From contig CAWFXL010000001.1 of the NCBI GenBank assembly GCA_963819815.1, positions 640,001 through 704,000 on the forward strand: a stretch of 64,000 nucleotides of DNA. Direction: 5' to 3'. The DNA is from an uncultured bacterium (GTDB lineage: Bacteria > Babelota > Babeliae > Babelales > Babelaceae). Both the position numbers and the translations under genes were made by a program. This document shows, one piece after another, positions 63,250 through 64,000 of the stretch. The notes under the pieces are model-generated. The model had not been told where the DNA came from, did no database searches, and worked only from the letters and a program-made list of their open reading frames with translations. How positions within the stretch are numbered: the stretch's first letter is position 1; every line of letters starts with the position of its first letter.

Positions 63250-64000
63250 CTATAGACTAGAAAAGTCTATGTCTGCAAGAATCTCATACGTCAGGAGCTT
63301 CATTCTTTTCTGAATCAGTTCGGCTATCTTCATCTGCCGACTCAAATAAGTAGCGTAGTCTGGTGAAGCAAGCACCATATCAAATGAATGCATACTATAT
63401 CGAATGATCGAATCTTGTGGATTTATACTTTGGAATTTGTACCCTTCCAGAGCTTTTTTCGCTCCACGACTATAGTTTTTATAATTTTCAAAAGGCTTCT
63501 TATTCGACGCGCTCGATGGATCATCTATGGAGAAGTCTTTGAAGATTTCAGCAGAAGCTTCATCAAATAATGCTGCCTCTAATCCTGCTATATCAAAGTC
63601 TTTCTTTTGGCAGATCTCTATGATCTTCTTATAATGCGCCAGTCCTCTAGCATAGCAATCATCTGCGGTCAGTTCTGGAGCTTTTTGTACAGCAGCTTTT
63701 GGTTGTCCTGTTACCTCAGCTTTAAAAGTCTCAATCATATCTTGAAGCTGGGTACGAGTCATACCTCCAGCCTTATGGATAACTTCTTGACCTTTATGGT
63801 TAGCTATGAAGGTCGGGACTCCCTTGATACCTTTGGTAATTGAAGAAAGACCTTTGTTGTCGATATCTACGACACAAAAGGTAATGTCAGGATATGCTTG
63901 AGCGAGTTCCAAGAAATAAGGTTTTGTCTGTTTGCAGGGTCCACACCAACTTGCCGTAAACATTGCAAGCACAGGCTTTGGTCCTTGTACATGTTTTGTA
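63250..64000 (-). CDS. Thioredoxin-domain protein with extra helical C-terminal domain, 5' end outside the window
   Basis: FTASWCGPCK and GVPTF motifs; frame open to the window edge. Confidence 0.88.
   Translation of the reverse strand, partial: TKHVQGPKPVLAMFTASWCGPCKQTKPYFLELAQAYPDITFCVVDIDNKGLSSITKGIKGVPTFIANHKGQEVIHKAGGMTRTQLQDMIETFKAEVTGQPKAAVQKAPELTADDCYARGLAHYKKIIEICQKKDFDIAGLEAALFDEASAEIFKDFSIDDPSSASNKKPFENYKNYSRGAKKALEGYKFQSINPQDSIIRYSMHSFDMVLASPDYATYLSRQMKIAELIQKRMKLLTYEILADIDFSSL

Noticed and set aside
224..63843. Numerous 60-160 aa ORFs antisense to or nested in called genes (e.g. 224-409, 24501-24992, 43928-44353, 51832-52278)
   Set aside because: Shadow ORFs of well-supported genes with no recognisable motifs.

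Overview
Bacterial chromosome segment, most likely from an intracellular protist parasite of Candidatus Dependentiae (TM6/Babelota). This assignment is inferred from gene content: many signal-peptide-bearing eukaryote-like proteins, no rpmD in the spc operon, and a truncated S4. The left ~41 kb is an accessory, host-interaction region. It encodes two Josephin-like Cys proteases, a cPLA2-like lipase, a mitochondrial-carrier protein, WD40 and Skp1/BTB-WD40 proteins, a signal-peptide TrxB, a MutS-like ATPase and a tandem three-gene paralog family. These genes are interleaved with a dispersed sufC-sufB-sufD-sufS-sufU set, dnaJ, rnhB, nurA, and an amino-acid ABC transporter preceded by a His-rich leader peptide. 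The right ~23 kb holds the str-S10-spc-alpha ribosomal cluster (minus strand), rseP and a partial thioredoxin-domain gene. Nearly all essential genes from ~52.5 to 60.9 kb are frameshifted, almost certainly from consensus or assembly error. I recognised no rRNA, tRNA, CRISPR array or transposase. All calls come from reading motifs by eye; no searches were run.
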